Notes under the pieces: model-generated
The model's database searches: none
What the model was told of the DNA's origin: nothing
Seen by the model: only the letters and a program-made list of their open reading frames with translations
Source: Sedimentisphaerales bacterium
GTDB taxonomy: Bacteria; Planctomycetota; Phycisphaerae; Sedimentisphaerales; SM23-30
Assembly: GCA_963663965.2 (NCBI GenBank)
Contig: CAXXFK010000024.1
Coordinates: 82,959 to 146,958, forward strand
Direction of reading: 5' to 3'
Length of the DNA: 64,000 nucleotides
Position numbers and translations under genes: made by a program
Shown here: one piece after another, positions 19,886 to 31,105 of the stretch
Numbering within the stretch: the first letter of the stretch is position 1
Layout: each line of letters begins with the position of its first letter

Positions 19886-21268
19886 TTATAAAACCAATTC
19901 AAAGCTTTCTTCAGGCGAGGTCCGGTCTTTCTGATCGAGCAGGGCATTCAAAATCATTTCTAACAATCTTAAGCCACCGGTATAACCCACCGTCGGAAAA
20001 TAGGAATGACCCACCCGGTCCAGAATCGGGAAGCCATGCCGTACGAACGGAATCTGTTCATCCCGCGCGATATATTTGCCATAGGTATTGCCGATTAACA
20101 GATCGACCGGTTCCTGTTTGATCCATTGGTGCATCAGGAACATATCGGCGCAGTTGCCCTCGGCAATTTTTACTTCGGGCACCCGGTCTCGCAGCGCGTT
20201 ACGGACCCGTGTAACGAACTTTTTACCGGGAGTGCCAGTCACGACATAGACCGGTCGCATATCCAGATCCGCCAGAAATTCACATAAAGGCACCAGTTGA
20301 TCGGGGTCACCCCAGAGCGCCACGCGTTTACCGGAGAAATATTGCTGCATATCACTCATGACATCAATCAGCCGCCCGCGCTGGTCATCTATCTCAACCG
20401 GTACCCGTACCCGCGCGGTTTTACGAAGCGCGTCGACAAAACGGTCCGTCGCGTTCAGACCAATGGGCAAATCCAGAATCTGGCAGGGCACTTTGCATTT
20501 CGCGTCCAGTTGACGGGCAGCCGGCGCCGCTCCCAGTGGCCCCAACGCCAGCGTCGCGCTGCTACTGCCGGTTTTTTTCAATTCATCAATGGTTACGCCC
20601 CCCTTAGGATACATCACGGCCTTTCCGGTCAATGGGGCATCGAATACATCTGAGGTATCTGGAAACAGGATCGTATCCACCCCCATTAAATAACATAGAT
20701 GTTTGATCTCTTTCATATCCGATGGCTCCACCCAGCCGCAGGCGATATTGATAGTACGAAATCGTTCTTCGGAGGGTGTGGCAAAATAATCGATCAATGC
20801 CTTGACCATATTGGCATAGCCGGTCACGTGAGAACCCACATAACTGGGAGTATTGGCATGAATCACATATTTCCCTTGAGGTATTTTGCCATCATCCTTT
20901 GCTTTGGCAGCAATTTGAGGGATGTCATCGCCAATCGTTTCGGATAAACAGGTGGTATGCACAGCAATCACATCCGGATCGTATATCGTAAACATATTGT
21001 CGATTGCCTGCAATAAATTCGATTGACCGCCAAAAACGGATGACCCTTCGGTGAATGAACTGGTGGCGGCCATAACCGGCTCTTTATAATGCCGGGTCAG
21101 GGTACTGCGATGATAGGCGCAGCATCCCTGTGATCCATGACTGTGCGGCAGGCAGTTATGAACACCCAGCGCCGCGTACATCGCTCCGATGGGCTGGCAG
21201 GTCTTAGCCGGATTGACCGTTAAAGCGGAGCGTTCTTGTATATTCGTATCGGTATGCCTTAAGAGCAT
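19886..21268 (-). CDS. nifK: Nitrogenase MoFe protein beta chain
   Basis: MLLRHT start after AAGGAG; NPAKTCQPIGA, HGSQGCCAY and TTCLSETIGDD. Confidence 0.96.
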   Translation of the reverse strand: MLLRHTDTNIQERSALTVNPAKTCQPIGAMYAALGVHNCLPHSHGSQGCCAYHRSTLTRHYKEPVMAATSSFTEGSSVFGGQSNLLQAIDNMFTIYDPDVIAVHTTCLSETIGDDIPQIAAKAKDDGKIPQGKYVIHANTPSYVGSHVTGYANMVKALIDYFATPSEERFRTINIACGWVEPSDMKEIKHLCYLMGVDTILFPDTSDVFDAPLTGKAVMYPKGGVTIDELKKTGSSSATLALGPLGAAPAARQLDAKCKVPCQILDLPIGLNATDRFVDALRKTARVRVPVEIDDQRGRLIDVMSDMQQYFSGKRVALWGDPDQLVPLCEFLADLDMRPVYVVTGTPGKKFVTRVRNALRDRVPEVKIAEGNCADMFLMHQWIKQEPVDLLIGNTYGKYIARDEQIPFVRHGFPILDRVGHSYFPTVGYTGGLRLLEMILNALLDQKDRTSPEESFELVL

Positions 21269-21316
21269 GGTAATCTCCTTGATTATCATAAAAACTAATT
21301 AGTTAGATTGATGGAT

Positions 21317-22954
21317 TTAGCGATTGGCATATTCAGCTATCAGCGCCGGTTCGCTGTTACGCTGCCAGGGAGCTTTTATAAAACTCCAGACCTGACAGTT
21401 GACCAGACGATCAATTTCACGATAATAGTTAATCGCGCCTTTAAATGCGGCGAAAGGTCCGCCATAGTCGTAACTGTGCAATTGCTTGCTCGGAATTCCC
21501 ATCTTCTGAATGCTGTATTTTTCTTTTATACCCGCACAGAATACATCCGGTTGGTACACTTCAATCAGCTTTTCCATTTCATAATGGCTGATATCATCAA
21601 TGACTAATGTTTTAGTTGCCATCATGGGCATCATGCCCTCATAATCCCGGAAAGTATAACCATCGGTCTCCAGTTTACTCATTTCATCTTCAGTTTTTCG
21701 GGGATTATACAACTCCGGATCGGCCTCTATGGTCAGTTCTTCAATATTGCGGCTGTCGGCATCCAGTTTGATCGTCGGTAATACCCGTCGTCCTTCATAA
21801 TCATCACGATGGGCAAATTCATAACCGGCGGCAACCGTTTCCATACCAATCTCAGCGAACAGTTCCTGATAGTGATGCGCCCGGGAACCGCCTACAAATA
21901 GCATGGCTTTCTTGCCTTCACAACGCAACCGGGCTTCTTCCTGCGCTTCACGCACAGCCACCATCTCTTCGGCAATCACGTTCTCAACCCGCTCGATCAA
22001 TTCCGGATCGCCAAAATATTCCGCGATTTTCCGCAGGCTTTTGGCCGTCGCTTCCGCGCCAATAAAATTCACTTTGATCCAGGGTACGCCATATTTCTTT
22101 TCGATCATGTCAGCCACATAGTTAATCGAACGGTGGCACATAACCGTATTCAGATCAGCCAGTTGCGAACTGGCAAAACCATCGTACGTTGAATTGCCGC
22201 TAAAGGTTGACAGCAGGGTGATTCCACATTTTTCCAGTAACTCTTCTATCACAAAGGCATCGCCGCCAATATTATATTCACCTAAAATATTGATTCGGAA
22301 TTTACCTTCACGCGCCTCTTCCTTCTTGCCAATCACATGTTTGAACAACTGGTTATTGGCAATGTGATGGCCGGCAGACTGGCTGACACCTTTATACCCC
22401 TCACAACTGAAACCAAAAACATTGATCCCCAGTTTCTTTGACATGGCGGAACATACCTGATGGATATCATCGCCAATCAAACCAACGGGACAGGTCGCAA
22501 ATACCCCAATCGCTTTGGGTTTAAAACTGTCATAGGCTTCCTGGATAGCCGTGGCCAGTTTCTTTTCACCACCAAAAATAATCTCATTTTCGGTCATGTC
22601 AGTCGAAAAACAATACGTCATGAAATTTTCATCCGTATCGGTGGGCGGCCTGGTTTGATTACGACGCGTCAGCCAGGAATAAAAACCACAGCCGATCGGC
22701 CCATGCGTCAGATTCAAGATATCGCGCGTTGGCCCCAGTACAACCCCTTTACATCCGGCATAAGAACAGCCGCGCTGGGTAATAACACCGGGCGTAGTGC
22801 GGACATTGGCCTGGATCTCTGGTACGCTACCGTCCTCGGCCACTTCATTGATTACTATCTGTTTTGATCGTTTTCGCGCTACTTTGGATGGATAGGTTTT
22901 CAGGATTGAATCTTTGATTTCCTGAGGATTTTTATGCTTGGAGTTTGAATTCAT
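21317..22954 (-). CDS. nifD: Nitrogenase MoFe protein alpha chain
   Basis: RGCSYAGCKGV, GVSQSAGHHIAN, CHRS, YEFAH and LHSYDY; long internal insertion typical of clostridial/Desulfovibrio-type NifD. Confidence 0.97.
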   Translation of the reverse strand: MNSNSKHKNPQEIKDSILKTYPSKVARKRSKQIVINEVAEDGSVPEIQANVRTTPGVITQRGCSYAGCKGVVLGPTRDILNLTHGPIGCGFYSWLTRRNQTRPPTDTDENFMTYCFSTDMTENEIIFGGEKKLATAIQEAYDSFKPKAIGVFATCPVGLIGDDIHQVCSAMSKKLGINVFGFSCEGYKGVSQSAGHHIANNQLFKHVIGKKEEAREGKFRINILGEYNIGGDAFVIEELLEKCGITLLSTFSGNSTYDGFASSQLADLNTVMCHRSINYVADMIEKKYGVPWIKVNFIGAEATAKSLRKIAEYFGDPELIERVENVIAEEMVAVREAQEEARLRCEGKKAMLFVGGSRAHHYQELFAEIGMETVAAGYEFAHRDDYEGRRVLPTIKLDADSRNIEELTIEADPELYNPRKTEDEMSKLETDGYTFRDYEGMMPMMATKTLVIDDISHYEMEKLIEVYQPDVFCAGIKEKYSIQKMGIPSKQLHSYDYGGPFAAFKGAINYYREIDRLVNCQVWSFIKAPWQRNSEPALIAEYANR

Positions 22955-22966
22955 GGATGCTCTCCT

Positions 22967-23350
22967 TTATAGATTATCATCGATTGCTTTATTATCGTTT
23001 TCACCCGTTCGGACACGAATGGCATCGAGAATCGGCTGGACGAAAATCTTGCCATCGCCGGGATTGCCGGTTTTGTTGACTTCGATCAAAGTCTCTACTA
23101 CTAATTTGACCCGGTCATCAGGTACAACCAGCGTCAACATCCGCTTGGGAATCATCTTGGGGCCGGGACCTAACTGGTTGATCGCTTCGTCATATCCCGC
23201 CTCAGCGCCTTTCAGCAACAGGTAATCCACTTTACCCTTGCCGCGTCCCATGACCTTGCGTGCGGTGAGCGAACTGATACCGGCATCGGCCAGAGCCCGT
23301 TTGGTTTCATTCATTTTATTCATGCGAATAATCGCCGTGATTTCTTTCAT
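22967..23350 (-). CDS. nifI2: PII-family nitrogenase regulator
   Basis: MKEITAIIRMNK, GRGKG and GDGKIF; lies between nifI1 and nifD. Confidence 0.9.
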   Translation of the reverse strand: MKEITAIIRMNKMNETKRALADAGISSLTARKVMGRGKGKVDYLLLKGAEAGYDEAINQLGPGPKMIPKRMLTLVVPDDRVKLVVETLIEVNKTGNPGDGKIFVQPILDAIRVRTGENDNKAIDDNL

Positions 23351-23436
23351 TGTTTGAACTCCGTATCACTATCATGCGGCTTTGTTTGTATTGAAATAAC
23401 TTAATCATAATCATTGAGAGTATCTCAAAATGGGCA

Positions 23437-23763
23437 CTATAAACTTGCGCTACCGGAACTGACGGTATATACTTCTTCAACCGGCGAAATAAAGATCTTG
23501 CCATCGCCAAATGCCCCCTTGTCACCGGTACGTGCCGCTTTCATGATCGTCTCAACCACAAAATCCTTATCTTCCTTACGTACAACTGTGATCAATAACT
23601 CCTTGGGGAGTTCATCATAATGGATTTCCCCCACTTTCATCCCGCGTTGCTTACCGCGGCCATAGACATCCATTTTGGTCACCGCCGGAAAACCGGCATA
23701 CATTAAAGCGGCCATAACTTCATTCACTTTTTCCGGACGGACAATCGCTCTTACCATGATCAT
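23437..23763 (-). CDS. nifI1: PII-family nitrogenase regulator
   Basis: RAIVRPEK, GRGKQRG, YDELPK and GAFGDGKIF; directly after nifH. Confidence 0.9.
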   Translation of the reverse strand: MIMVRAIVRPEKVNEVMAALMYAGFPAVTKMDVYGRGKQRGMKVGEIHYDELPKELLITVVRKEDKDFVVETIMKAARTGDKGAFGDGKIFISPVEEVYTVSSGSASL

Positions 23764-23796
23764 ATTATTAATTCCTTTCTGAGAGTTCTCGCAGGT

Positions 23797-24639
<843 letters not shown>

Positions 24640-24668
24640 TTATTGGTCTTGTTACATGTTGCATAAAA

Positions 24669-24704
24669 ACATACACGATTGTATGTATATCAATACCCAT
24701 GCCA
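24669..24704 (-). promoter_or_regulatory. Sigma54-like nifH promoter plus a palindrome at the predicted start site
   Basis: Minus strand TGGCATG-GGTA-TTGA (24704-24690); ACATACA-CGAT-TGTATGT at 24669-24686. Confidence 0.6.
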
Positions 24705-25125
24705 GAAATTTGTCTTTTTCTCGACCCTAAAAATACTTTTTATAAAACCACAAATTCCCCGACCCAAAACATCGTTGGCAGAAAAGTTTTTGAATAATAA
24801 AAATTTCAGTGATTAACTTCCAGCGTAATGCCCTCTTCATTCGCTAATGAATCCATTGTGAAGTATTTGTAATAATCCGCAATTTCCCAAAACAAACCTT
24901 ACCACAACAAATACTTAACATACCAATTAACAGTATGTTACATTAATTATGCCAATAATTTCACTACCAAATCCAATAAATGAAATTTTTGTAATGAAGC
25001 GATTGCTCACCCTTTACACTTCAAATCTCGTATTAATTTCGAAAAACTTATGACCAACCGTAATAAAAATTGAGCCCCTGAAGATCAACTGCTATTCCTT
25101 AAGAGATTTTCTTAGGAAACATCCG

Positions 25126-25206
25126 ATGAATAAACCTGATGAGGATTATTTAATTCCCAACCAGAGTATCATCGATGAATGGGACGAATGGATGGATAAA
25201 TTCTAA
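25126..25206 (+). CDS. Candidate 26-aa acidic peptide MNKPDEDYLIPNQSIIDEWDEWMDKF
   Basis: AGGA RBS upstream, tandem TAA TAA stop; shorter than the ORFs listed in the track. Confidence 0.3.
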   Translation: MNKPDEDYLIPNQSIIDEWDEWMDKF

Positions 25207-25248
25207 TAACCGGATTATCCTTAGTATAAATTTATGGACAATCTCAAT

Positions 25249-26274
25249 TTAATAGCCATCATGCGCCCAATCCACTTTCCCTTTAAATATACGATAGATA
25301 AAGAACGTATAAATCAGAACCACAGGCACACCGCTCATGGCGATTAAGAACATAACTTTCAATGTCGGTAACGTTGAACTGGAATTGAATATGGTAAGAC
25401 TGTAGTCCAGATTGATACTGGATGGCAATAATTTCGGGAAAAGCGCTACACCACACATCGCCAGAATCGATAACAACATGGTACATGAACTCAAAAACGC
25501 CAACAAAGGATTCCCTTTTTTCGTAGCAGTTGATATATATAATGTTGAAGCCAGAAATAGAATAAAGAACAGCCAGTATAATGGTTGCCTGAATAAATTA
25601 GAGAATAAATATTTACTGGCAAAAAAGCTGGCTATCATCATGATCACATAGAGCGATACAAACAACATCCAACTGACCGCAATCCAGCGACTAAATTGAT
25701 GCCCCGGTTCTTTGCCGTATTTCATATTCAAATACAATCCACCATGAAGGGCAAACGCAACCAGGCTGACGACGCCTCCCAACAAGGCGTATGGATTCAG
25801 CAAACCTAAAAACGATCCGGTATAGGTGCCCGACTCATCAATCGGAATACCCTGGATGACATTTGCCAATGCCACCCCCACCAGCAATGCCGGTATCAGG
25901 CTCGATACCCCAAATGCAATATCCCAGAAGCCGGCCCAGAACGGAGCGGTCATTTTCAGGCGGAACTCGATCGAGATCGCCCGGAAAATCAGTCCCAGTA
26001 ATAAAAGCATAAATGCCAGGTAAAACGAACTGAAAAGGGTGGCATAAACAGGTGGGAAAGCCGCAAAAAGCGCTCCGCCTCCTGTGAGCAGCCATACTTC
26101 ATTACCATCCCAGAATGGGGCAATGGCGCGCAGATATTGTTTCTTTTTCTCTTTATCCCGGGTAAACAGATGAACGATTCCAACCCCCAGGTCAAAACCA
26201 TCCAGAATTGCATAGCCGGTTATGAGGACAAAAAACAAAACATACCATACTATCTGTAATCCGGTTAATGTCAT
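25249..26274 (-). CDS. cydB: Cytochrome bd oxidase subunit II
   Basis: YAILDGFDLGVG, PFWDGNEVWL and AAFPPVY. Confidence 0.96.
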   Translation of the reverse strand: MTLTGLQIVWYVLFFVLITGYAILDGFDLGVGIVHLFTRDKEKKKQYLRAIAPFWDGNEVWLLTGGGALFAAFPPVYATLFSSFYLAFMLLLLGLIFRAISIEFRLKMTAPFWAGFWDIAFGVSSLIPALLVGVALANVIQGIPIDESGTYTGSFLGLLNPYALLGGVVSLVAFALHGGLYLNMKYGKEPGHQFSRWIAVSWMLFVSLYVIMMIASFFASKYLFSNLFRQPLYWLFFILFLASTLYISTATKKGNPLLAFLSSCTMLLSILAMCGVALFPKLLPSSINLDYSLTIFNSSSTLPTLKVMFLIAMSGVPVVLIYTFFIYRIFKGKVDWAHDGY

Positions 26275-26341
26275 ACATCAAACTCCATGGTTCTTACTGC
26301 TCCGTGAAAGTAGCAGACAGATATAATATTCATATCATCTA

Positions 26342-27685
26342 TTAATTATCGGCGGCTATCGTTGCTTTTCCGGCTTTAATGGTTTCTTGACGCAAAAGAT
26401 AAATATAAAGAATTAACAAAAACAGGTAAATTGCACTGAACATAATCAATGAAAACAGAACATGCTCCGCCGGAACCGTTGGAGAAAACGCATCGCGAGT
26501 TTTCAGTACCCGATACACAATCCAGGGCTGCCGACCCACTTCCGCGGCCATCCAACCCAATTGAGTCGCCAGGACTGGCAGTGGGAGACAAAGGGTAAGT
26601 CCCCACAAATAAAGATTATCAAGCACTTTATTACGCCAGAGCCATTTAAGAATCAACATACCCAGACCGGCCGCCGTCATAAAGATGAAAAATCCACCCA
26701 GCACCACCATTAAATGGAATGAATAAAATGTTAACGCAAGTGGCGGTTCTTCATCATCAGGAAAGGCATCCAGCCCCTGCACCGTTGCTTTGGTATCCCC
26801 AAATGCCAGCCAGCTGAGACCGCCGGGAATTCCAACTTTCGCAAAATATTTCCGTTCAGCCTGATTGACCAGACCAAATACCAATAACGGCGCGTTCTCC
26901 TGGGTCGATTCCAACCCTTCCATGGCGGCCAGTTTCTCTGGCTGGGTCTTGGCCACCTGCTGGGCATGATGATGTCCAAAAGGCACGGCTACTAATACAG
27001 AATTAATAAATCCAATAACCAGAGCCGATACCAGCGCCTTACGAAATAGCTTCGATTCGCGATTTTTACGAACCAGCCAGGCGGAAATTCCAGTAACAAA
27101 AAACGCGCCACAGACCAGACAGGCCGTCAGCGTATGAAAAAAACGAATCCACATGGAATCGTTGAATACGGCTTCAGCAAAGCTGGTAAGTTCTGCCCGG
27201 CCATTAACCACTTCGAAACCAGCGGGCGTCTGCATCCAGGAATTCGCTACCAGAATCCAGAATGCCGAGATGGTCGCCCCCAGGGCTACCATCAGACAAC
27301 TGAACCAATGCGCCCCGCGTGAAATCTTGTTCCGGCCAAATAGATACAAACCCATAAAACTGGATTCGAGAAAAAAGGCGAAAACTGCTTCTGCGGCCAG
27401 CGGAGCGCCAAAAATATCCCCGACAAATCGAGAATATTCCGACCAGTTCGTCCCAAACTGAAACTCCATGACAATACCTGTTGCCACTCCAATGACAAAT
27501 GTTATGGCCAGTAATTTGGCAAATAACCTGGCGATTTTTTCATAATCCTGGTCTTTACCCAGCCATGCCCGCCCTTCAAACCATACCAGCATCCAGGCCA
27601 ATCCAATGGAAATTGGGGGAAAAATAAAATGAAATCCAATCGTAACAGCAAATTGTAAACGAGAAAGAAATAGAGTGTCCATCAT
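26342..27685 (-). CDS. cydA: Cytochrome bd oxidase subunit I (short Q-loop)
   Basis: RLQFA..FHFIF, EFQFGTNW, NSWMQTP, QPEKLAAME and EVGRQPW. Confidence 0.97.
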   Translation of the reverse strand: MMDTLFLSRLQFAVTIGFHFIFPPISIGLAWMLVWFEGRAWLGKDQDYEKIARLFAKLLAITFVIGVATGIVMEFQFGTNWSEYSRFVGDIFGAPLAAEAVFAFFLESSFMGLYLFGRNKISRGAHWFSCLMVALGATISAFWILVANSWMQTPAGFEVVNGRAELTSFAEAVFNDSMWIRFFHTLTACLVCGAFFVTGISAWLVRKNRESKLFRKALVSALVIGFINSVLVAVPFGHHHAQQVAKTQPEKLAAMEGLESTQENAPLLVFGLVNQAERKYFAKVGIPGGLSWLAFGDTKATVQGLDAFPDDEEPPLALTFYSFHLMVVLGGFFIFMTAAGLGMLILKWLWRNKVLDNLYLWGLTLCLPLPVLATQLGWMAAEVGRQPWIVYRVLKTRDAFSPTVPAEHVLFSLIMFSAIYLFLLILYIYLLRQETIKAGKATIAADN

Positions 27686-27923
27686 ACGCTAAACCATTTC
27701 TGTAAGTAGACTTAAAATACCATTCATACTATCATTCGCCATCAAGGTATATTATCTGCGCACTAAAATATGGAAAATTATAGCCTTTGATCACAAATAA
27801 AGTTGCCAAAAAAAGAAAAAAACATCAAATTTTGTCCATTCTCAATATCCAAGAAACAATATCTGCTCCAGACCAATTTTTGTAACTCCATCCAGCGAGC
27901 ACTTAATCAGGCCAACGATGTTT

Positions 27924-29168
27924 TTACTCATTAAAAGAATCCGGTACACTGCCGGATATTTCATTTGTAAGGGGCAAAGTAAAACAGAAACAGGCGCCAC
28001 TCCCGGCGCCATCGGATTCAGTCCAGATACGCCCGCCATAAAATTGCACAATACGTCTTACCATCGTTAATCCCACGCCTATACCCGGTATTTCAGGGTT
28101 TAACTGTTCAAATAATTTAAATATCCGCTCATGATACTGGGGAACGATTCCGCTACCATAATCTTTAATATAAAAGTAAAGTTCAGGTTTCTTCTCGATT
28201 CCAATTTCAATGAAGACCTTTCCATCCTCATCTTTGCCATATTTGATCGCATTTTCTACCAGATTCTGAAAGACTTTAACGATTCGTTTTCGTTCAGCAT
28301 AAACCCCGGGAAACTCCTGATCAAGCTTGAATTGAATGAATTCTTGATCGCAACTATCTTTAAAGGATAAAATTACATTCTGAATCAGTTCTCTCATATC
28401 AAGCCATTCAAACGGTGTCACTTTGCGGCCGATTCTCGACAATTCCAAAATTTCATGCAACAACGCATCCATACGATCTGTTGCCTCAACCACAAACTGC
28501 ATTGCCCCGTCAATTTTATCTAACTCCTGATTTTTCAGATATTCCAGCAATAATCCCAGATGCCCGCGTATGGTAATCAAAGGGCTCTTCATTTCATGCG
28601 AAACCGTATAAATAAATTCCTCTAATTCGGCGTTTTGCTGTTCCAGTTTCAAAACCATTTTTTCGCGTTCGGTTTCATATCGTTGACGATGCTCAATTTC
28701 CTGCTTCAATAATACGTTTCGATCTTCCAATTCCCGGGTACGTTCCTGTACCAGACTTTCCAGATGTACCTTATCATTTTCCAATAATCGATTCTGATAG
28801 TTACGTTCCAGTATCACGGCCAGCATGCCAATGGCATTTTGAATCAAAGATTCTATTTCGTCAGACAAACGGCTCGGAGGACACTGAACGGCGAGCCAGC
28901 CATAATGTGACTTCATCGTAGCGATTTCATAAACTCGTCCATGAGGTTCTACTGGATCAAATTTACTGTAGGTAACCTTAAGTCCCTCAACAAAACCATC
29001 GACCGCCTGCGAAAATATTTTTAGTATTAAGGCATCATCGCGTATCTGTGTCAAATTGATCATTAATAGAAACAAATCATGTGCTACCCGATTCAGTACT
29101 TCCGTATCCTTACTGAAAGCATCAAATATTGGATCCTCAAATGATTTGAAAGGTTCACTCATTGACAT
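27924..29168 (-). CDS. Cytoplasmic sensor histidine kinase
   Basis: SHEMKSPL H-box, NLVENAIKY, DYGSGI and GIGVGL; coiled-coil linker. Confidence 0.9.
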   Translation of the reverse strand: MSMSEPFKSFEDPIFDAFSKDTEVLNRVAHDLFLLMINLTQIRDDALILKIFSQAVDGFVEGLKVTYSKFDPVEPHGRVYEIATMKSHYGWLAVQCPPSRLSDEIESLIQNAIGMLAVILERNYQNRLLENDKVHLESLVQERTRELEDRNVLLKQEIEHRQRYETEREKMVLKLEQQNAELEEFIYTVSHEMKSPLITIRGHLGLLLEYLKNQELDKIDGAMQFVVEATDRMDALLHEILELSRIGRKVTPFEWLDMRELIQNVILSFKDSCDQEFIQFKLDQEFPGVYAERKRIVKVFQNLVENAIKYGKDEDGKVFIEIGIEKKPELYFYIKDYGSGIVPQYHERIFKLFEQLNPEIPGIGVGLTMVRRIVQFYGGRIWTESDGAGSGACFCFTLPLTNEISGSVPDSFNE

Positions 29169-29823
29169 CCAATCTGTTTAGAAATTGGGGGGCGTTCTCT
29201 CGAAGCCAGACATCAGGATCCTGGTAATAAGGATTCTTGGTGATAACACCCCCGCTGATGGTAAAGGGATGAGTTTTTAAAACATTCATGATTGTTGCGC
29301 CGTCAAATCTGGTCACATTATACAAACAGATACTAATCCAGGGTTTCCCGGGAATAAAATAATTCAGACGGGATTCGTATGCCATTAAATGCTCAATACC
29401 CGGCACGGATTCCAGGGCCCAGACCATTTCGGCGGTTGCCCGGATATTTCGGGGGCCATATTGCTGACTTGCCTGAAAAAAATTACCCAAACCTTCGTCC
29501 ATCGCCCAGGGCGAAAAAACACCGTCCGGATAGTATAATTCACGTGTTGAATAAAATTGAAAACAATTACCATCATCCAACTCTGTGCAATTGCTATTCT
29601 TAAAACTCCGTTGGTATTCTTTTCGAAAATTGGCTTCAGTCCGTTCTGCCGGGCAATAGAACTGCAAGTCGCCATCGAGATACCCCTGATGTAAAAATCC
29701 CATAAGGATCTCATCCCGTTCTTTTTCAGTCTCATACAGACCACAAAAATGAACACCCCAATTACAGCGATAATTTCCAAATCCGAGTCCCAACTCCTGC
29801 TGATGTGATGTGTTAATATACAT
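29155..29823 (-). CDS. Stand-alone MEDS (DcmR-like sensory) domain protein
   Basis: HFCGLYET, RATAEMVWAL, YESRLN, ICLY and LKTHP; overlaps the kinase start. Confidence 0.8.
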   Translation of the reverse strand: MYINTSHQQELGLGFGNYRCNWGVHFCGLYETEKERDEILMGFLHQGYLDGDLQFYCPAERTEANFRKEYQRSFKNSNCTELDDGNCFQFYSTRELYYPDGVFSPWAMDEGLGNFFQASQQYGPRNIRATAEMVWALESVPGIEHLMAYESRLNYFIPGKPWISICLYNVTRFDGATIMNVLKTHPFTISGGVITKNPYYQDPDVWLRENAPQFLNRLDVNE

Positions 29824-30232
29824 AAAATACCCCCTAATATATTATACTCTGTGTTTCTGTATTTATTATATCGTATTATTATATGCTTATTTTTACTGTT
29901 CAAGTGTTTAATTATTTATTTCAATAAAAATATTTATCATATTCACCCTTTCAAAACACTGATAAAACATCAAACATTATCATAAATTCATATTTCCCCA
30001 TTATTTTGCCATTTTTTTATTGGGGGCAAACACTGAATGTCATAAAAAACAACCTTATCTTACTGGATATAAATCACTTAGAAACAAAACATCCTTTATC
30101 CGAAAAGATCGATGCCATTCAATTCGATAGTAATAATTCAATCACATCATTGGTTAGTACCCAAATTACATTTTACCACCATTTTCAAATGTTTTTCTTT
30201 ACTATGGACCTGAAATTGGCTCTACTGTCCCC

Positions 30233-31096
30233 ATGCTAAAGTTTATATCTGGCTTAATCATTGGACTAGTATTGACAGCCTTGGTCTTTTGGCGCTTATT
30301 TCGTCGTCTCACCAAAGGTTACGAACGCCAAAAGAAATCTCTTCTGGAGCGGGCGCGCCGGGCAGAAAAAAAAGCCGAACTCAGCGATCTAACCGGCAAC
30401 CTTGCCCATGAAATCCGCAATCCTTTATCGATAATCAAAGTCAATATGCAATTACTGATCGAACAAGTCGAGTACATGCTGAAAGATGCGCGCACTGAAA
30501 ATGGAATCGATTTAAGTCGAATTGATGATCCTGAACGCAAGTTGAAACGTCAGTTGAGAAAACTCGAAACCGTTATGGGTGAAGCGGATCGCCTGGCTAA
30601 TACCCTGAACGACTTTCTAAGTTTTGCCGGAAAAATAGAACTGCATCCGGTCCGTCAGGACATTAACGAACTAATCACGGATCTGATTGATTTTTACGAG
30701 CCTCAGGCTTATGAAAACAAAGTCCAATTACGTGTCAGCCTGTCAACTGGACCGCTTTTTTGCCGCATCGATCCTGATCACATTAAACAAGCCATCCTGA
30801 ATCTGCTGATCAATGCCGTGCAAGCCATGACTAATGGTGGTGGAGAATTAATGATTCAGAGCCGAACGATGGATAATATGATTCAAATCAATATTACCGA
30901 TACCGGCCCTGGTATCCCTGCCGATATTCAAGATAAAATTTTTAATCCTTATTTCACTACTCGTTCAGGGGGGACCGGTTTGGGCCTACCTACTTGCCGA
31001 AGAATCATAGAAGCACACAACGGCCATATTGACATATTCAGTGAACCTGGCAAAGGAACGCGATTTACGATCGTGTTACCCCTCCTGCTGGAATAG
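30233..31096 (+). CDS. Single-TM sensor histidine kinase
   Basis: N-terminal TM helix; AHEIRNPL, NLLINA, DTGPG and GTGLGL. Confidence 0.9.
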   Translation: MLKFISGLIIGLVLTALVFWRLFRRLTKGYERQKKSLLERARRAEKKAELSDLTGNLAHEIRNPLSIIKVNMQLLIEQVEYMLKDARTENGIDLSRIDDPERKLKRQLRKLETVMGEADRLANTLNDFLSFAGKIELHPVRQDINELITDLIDFYEPQAYENKVQLRVSLSTGPLFCRIDPDHIKQAILNLLINAVQAMTNGGGELMIQSRTMDNMIQINITDTGPGIPADIQDKIFNPYFTTRSGGTGLGLPTCRRIIEAHNGHIDIFSEPGKGTRFTIVLPLLLE

Positions 31097-31105
31097 TGCA
31101 ACAGG

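Noticed and set aside
19886..22954. Alternative (V or Fe-only) nitrogenase
   Set aside because: No G subunit between D and K; the CHRS/LHSYDY context and nifEN indicate the Mo type
25115..25150. GAAAC ... CTGATGAG resembling a hammerhead ribozyme core
   Set aside because: No UH cleavage triplet after the putative stem III, and stems I and II cannot be formed
27786..27802. FNR- or Rex-like box upstream of cydA
   Set aside because: Only a TTGAT half-site; the second half does not match
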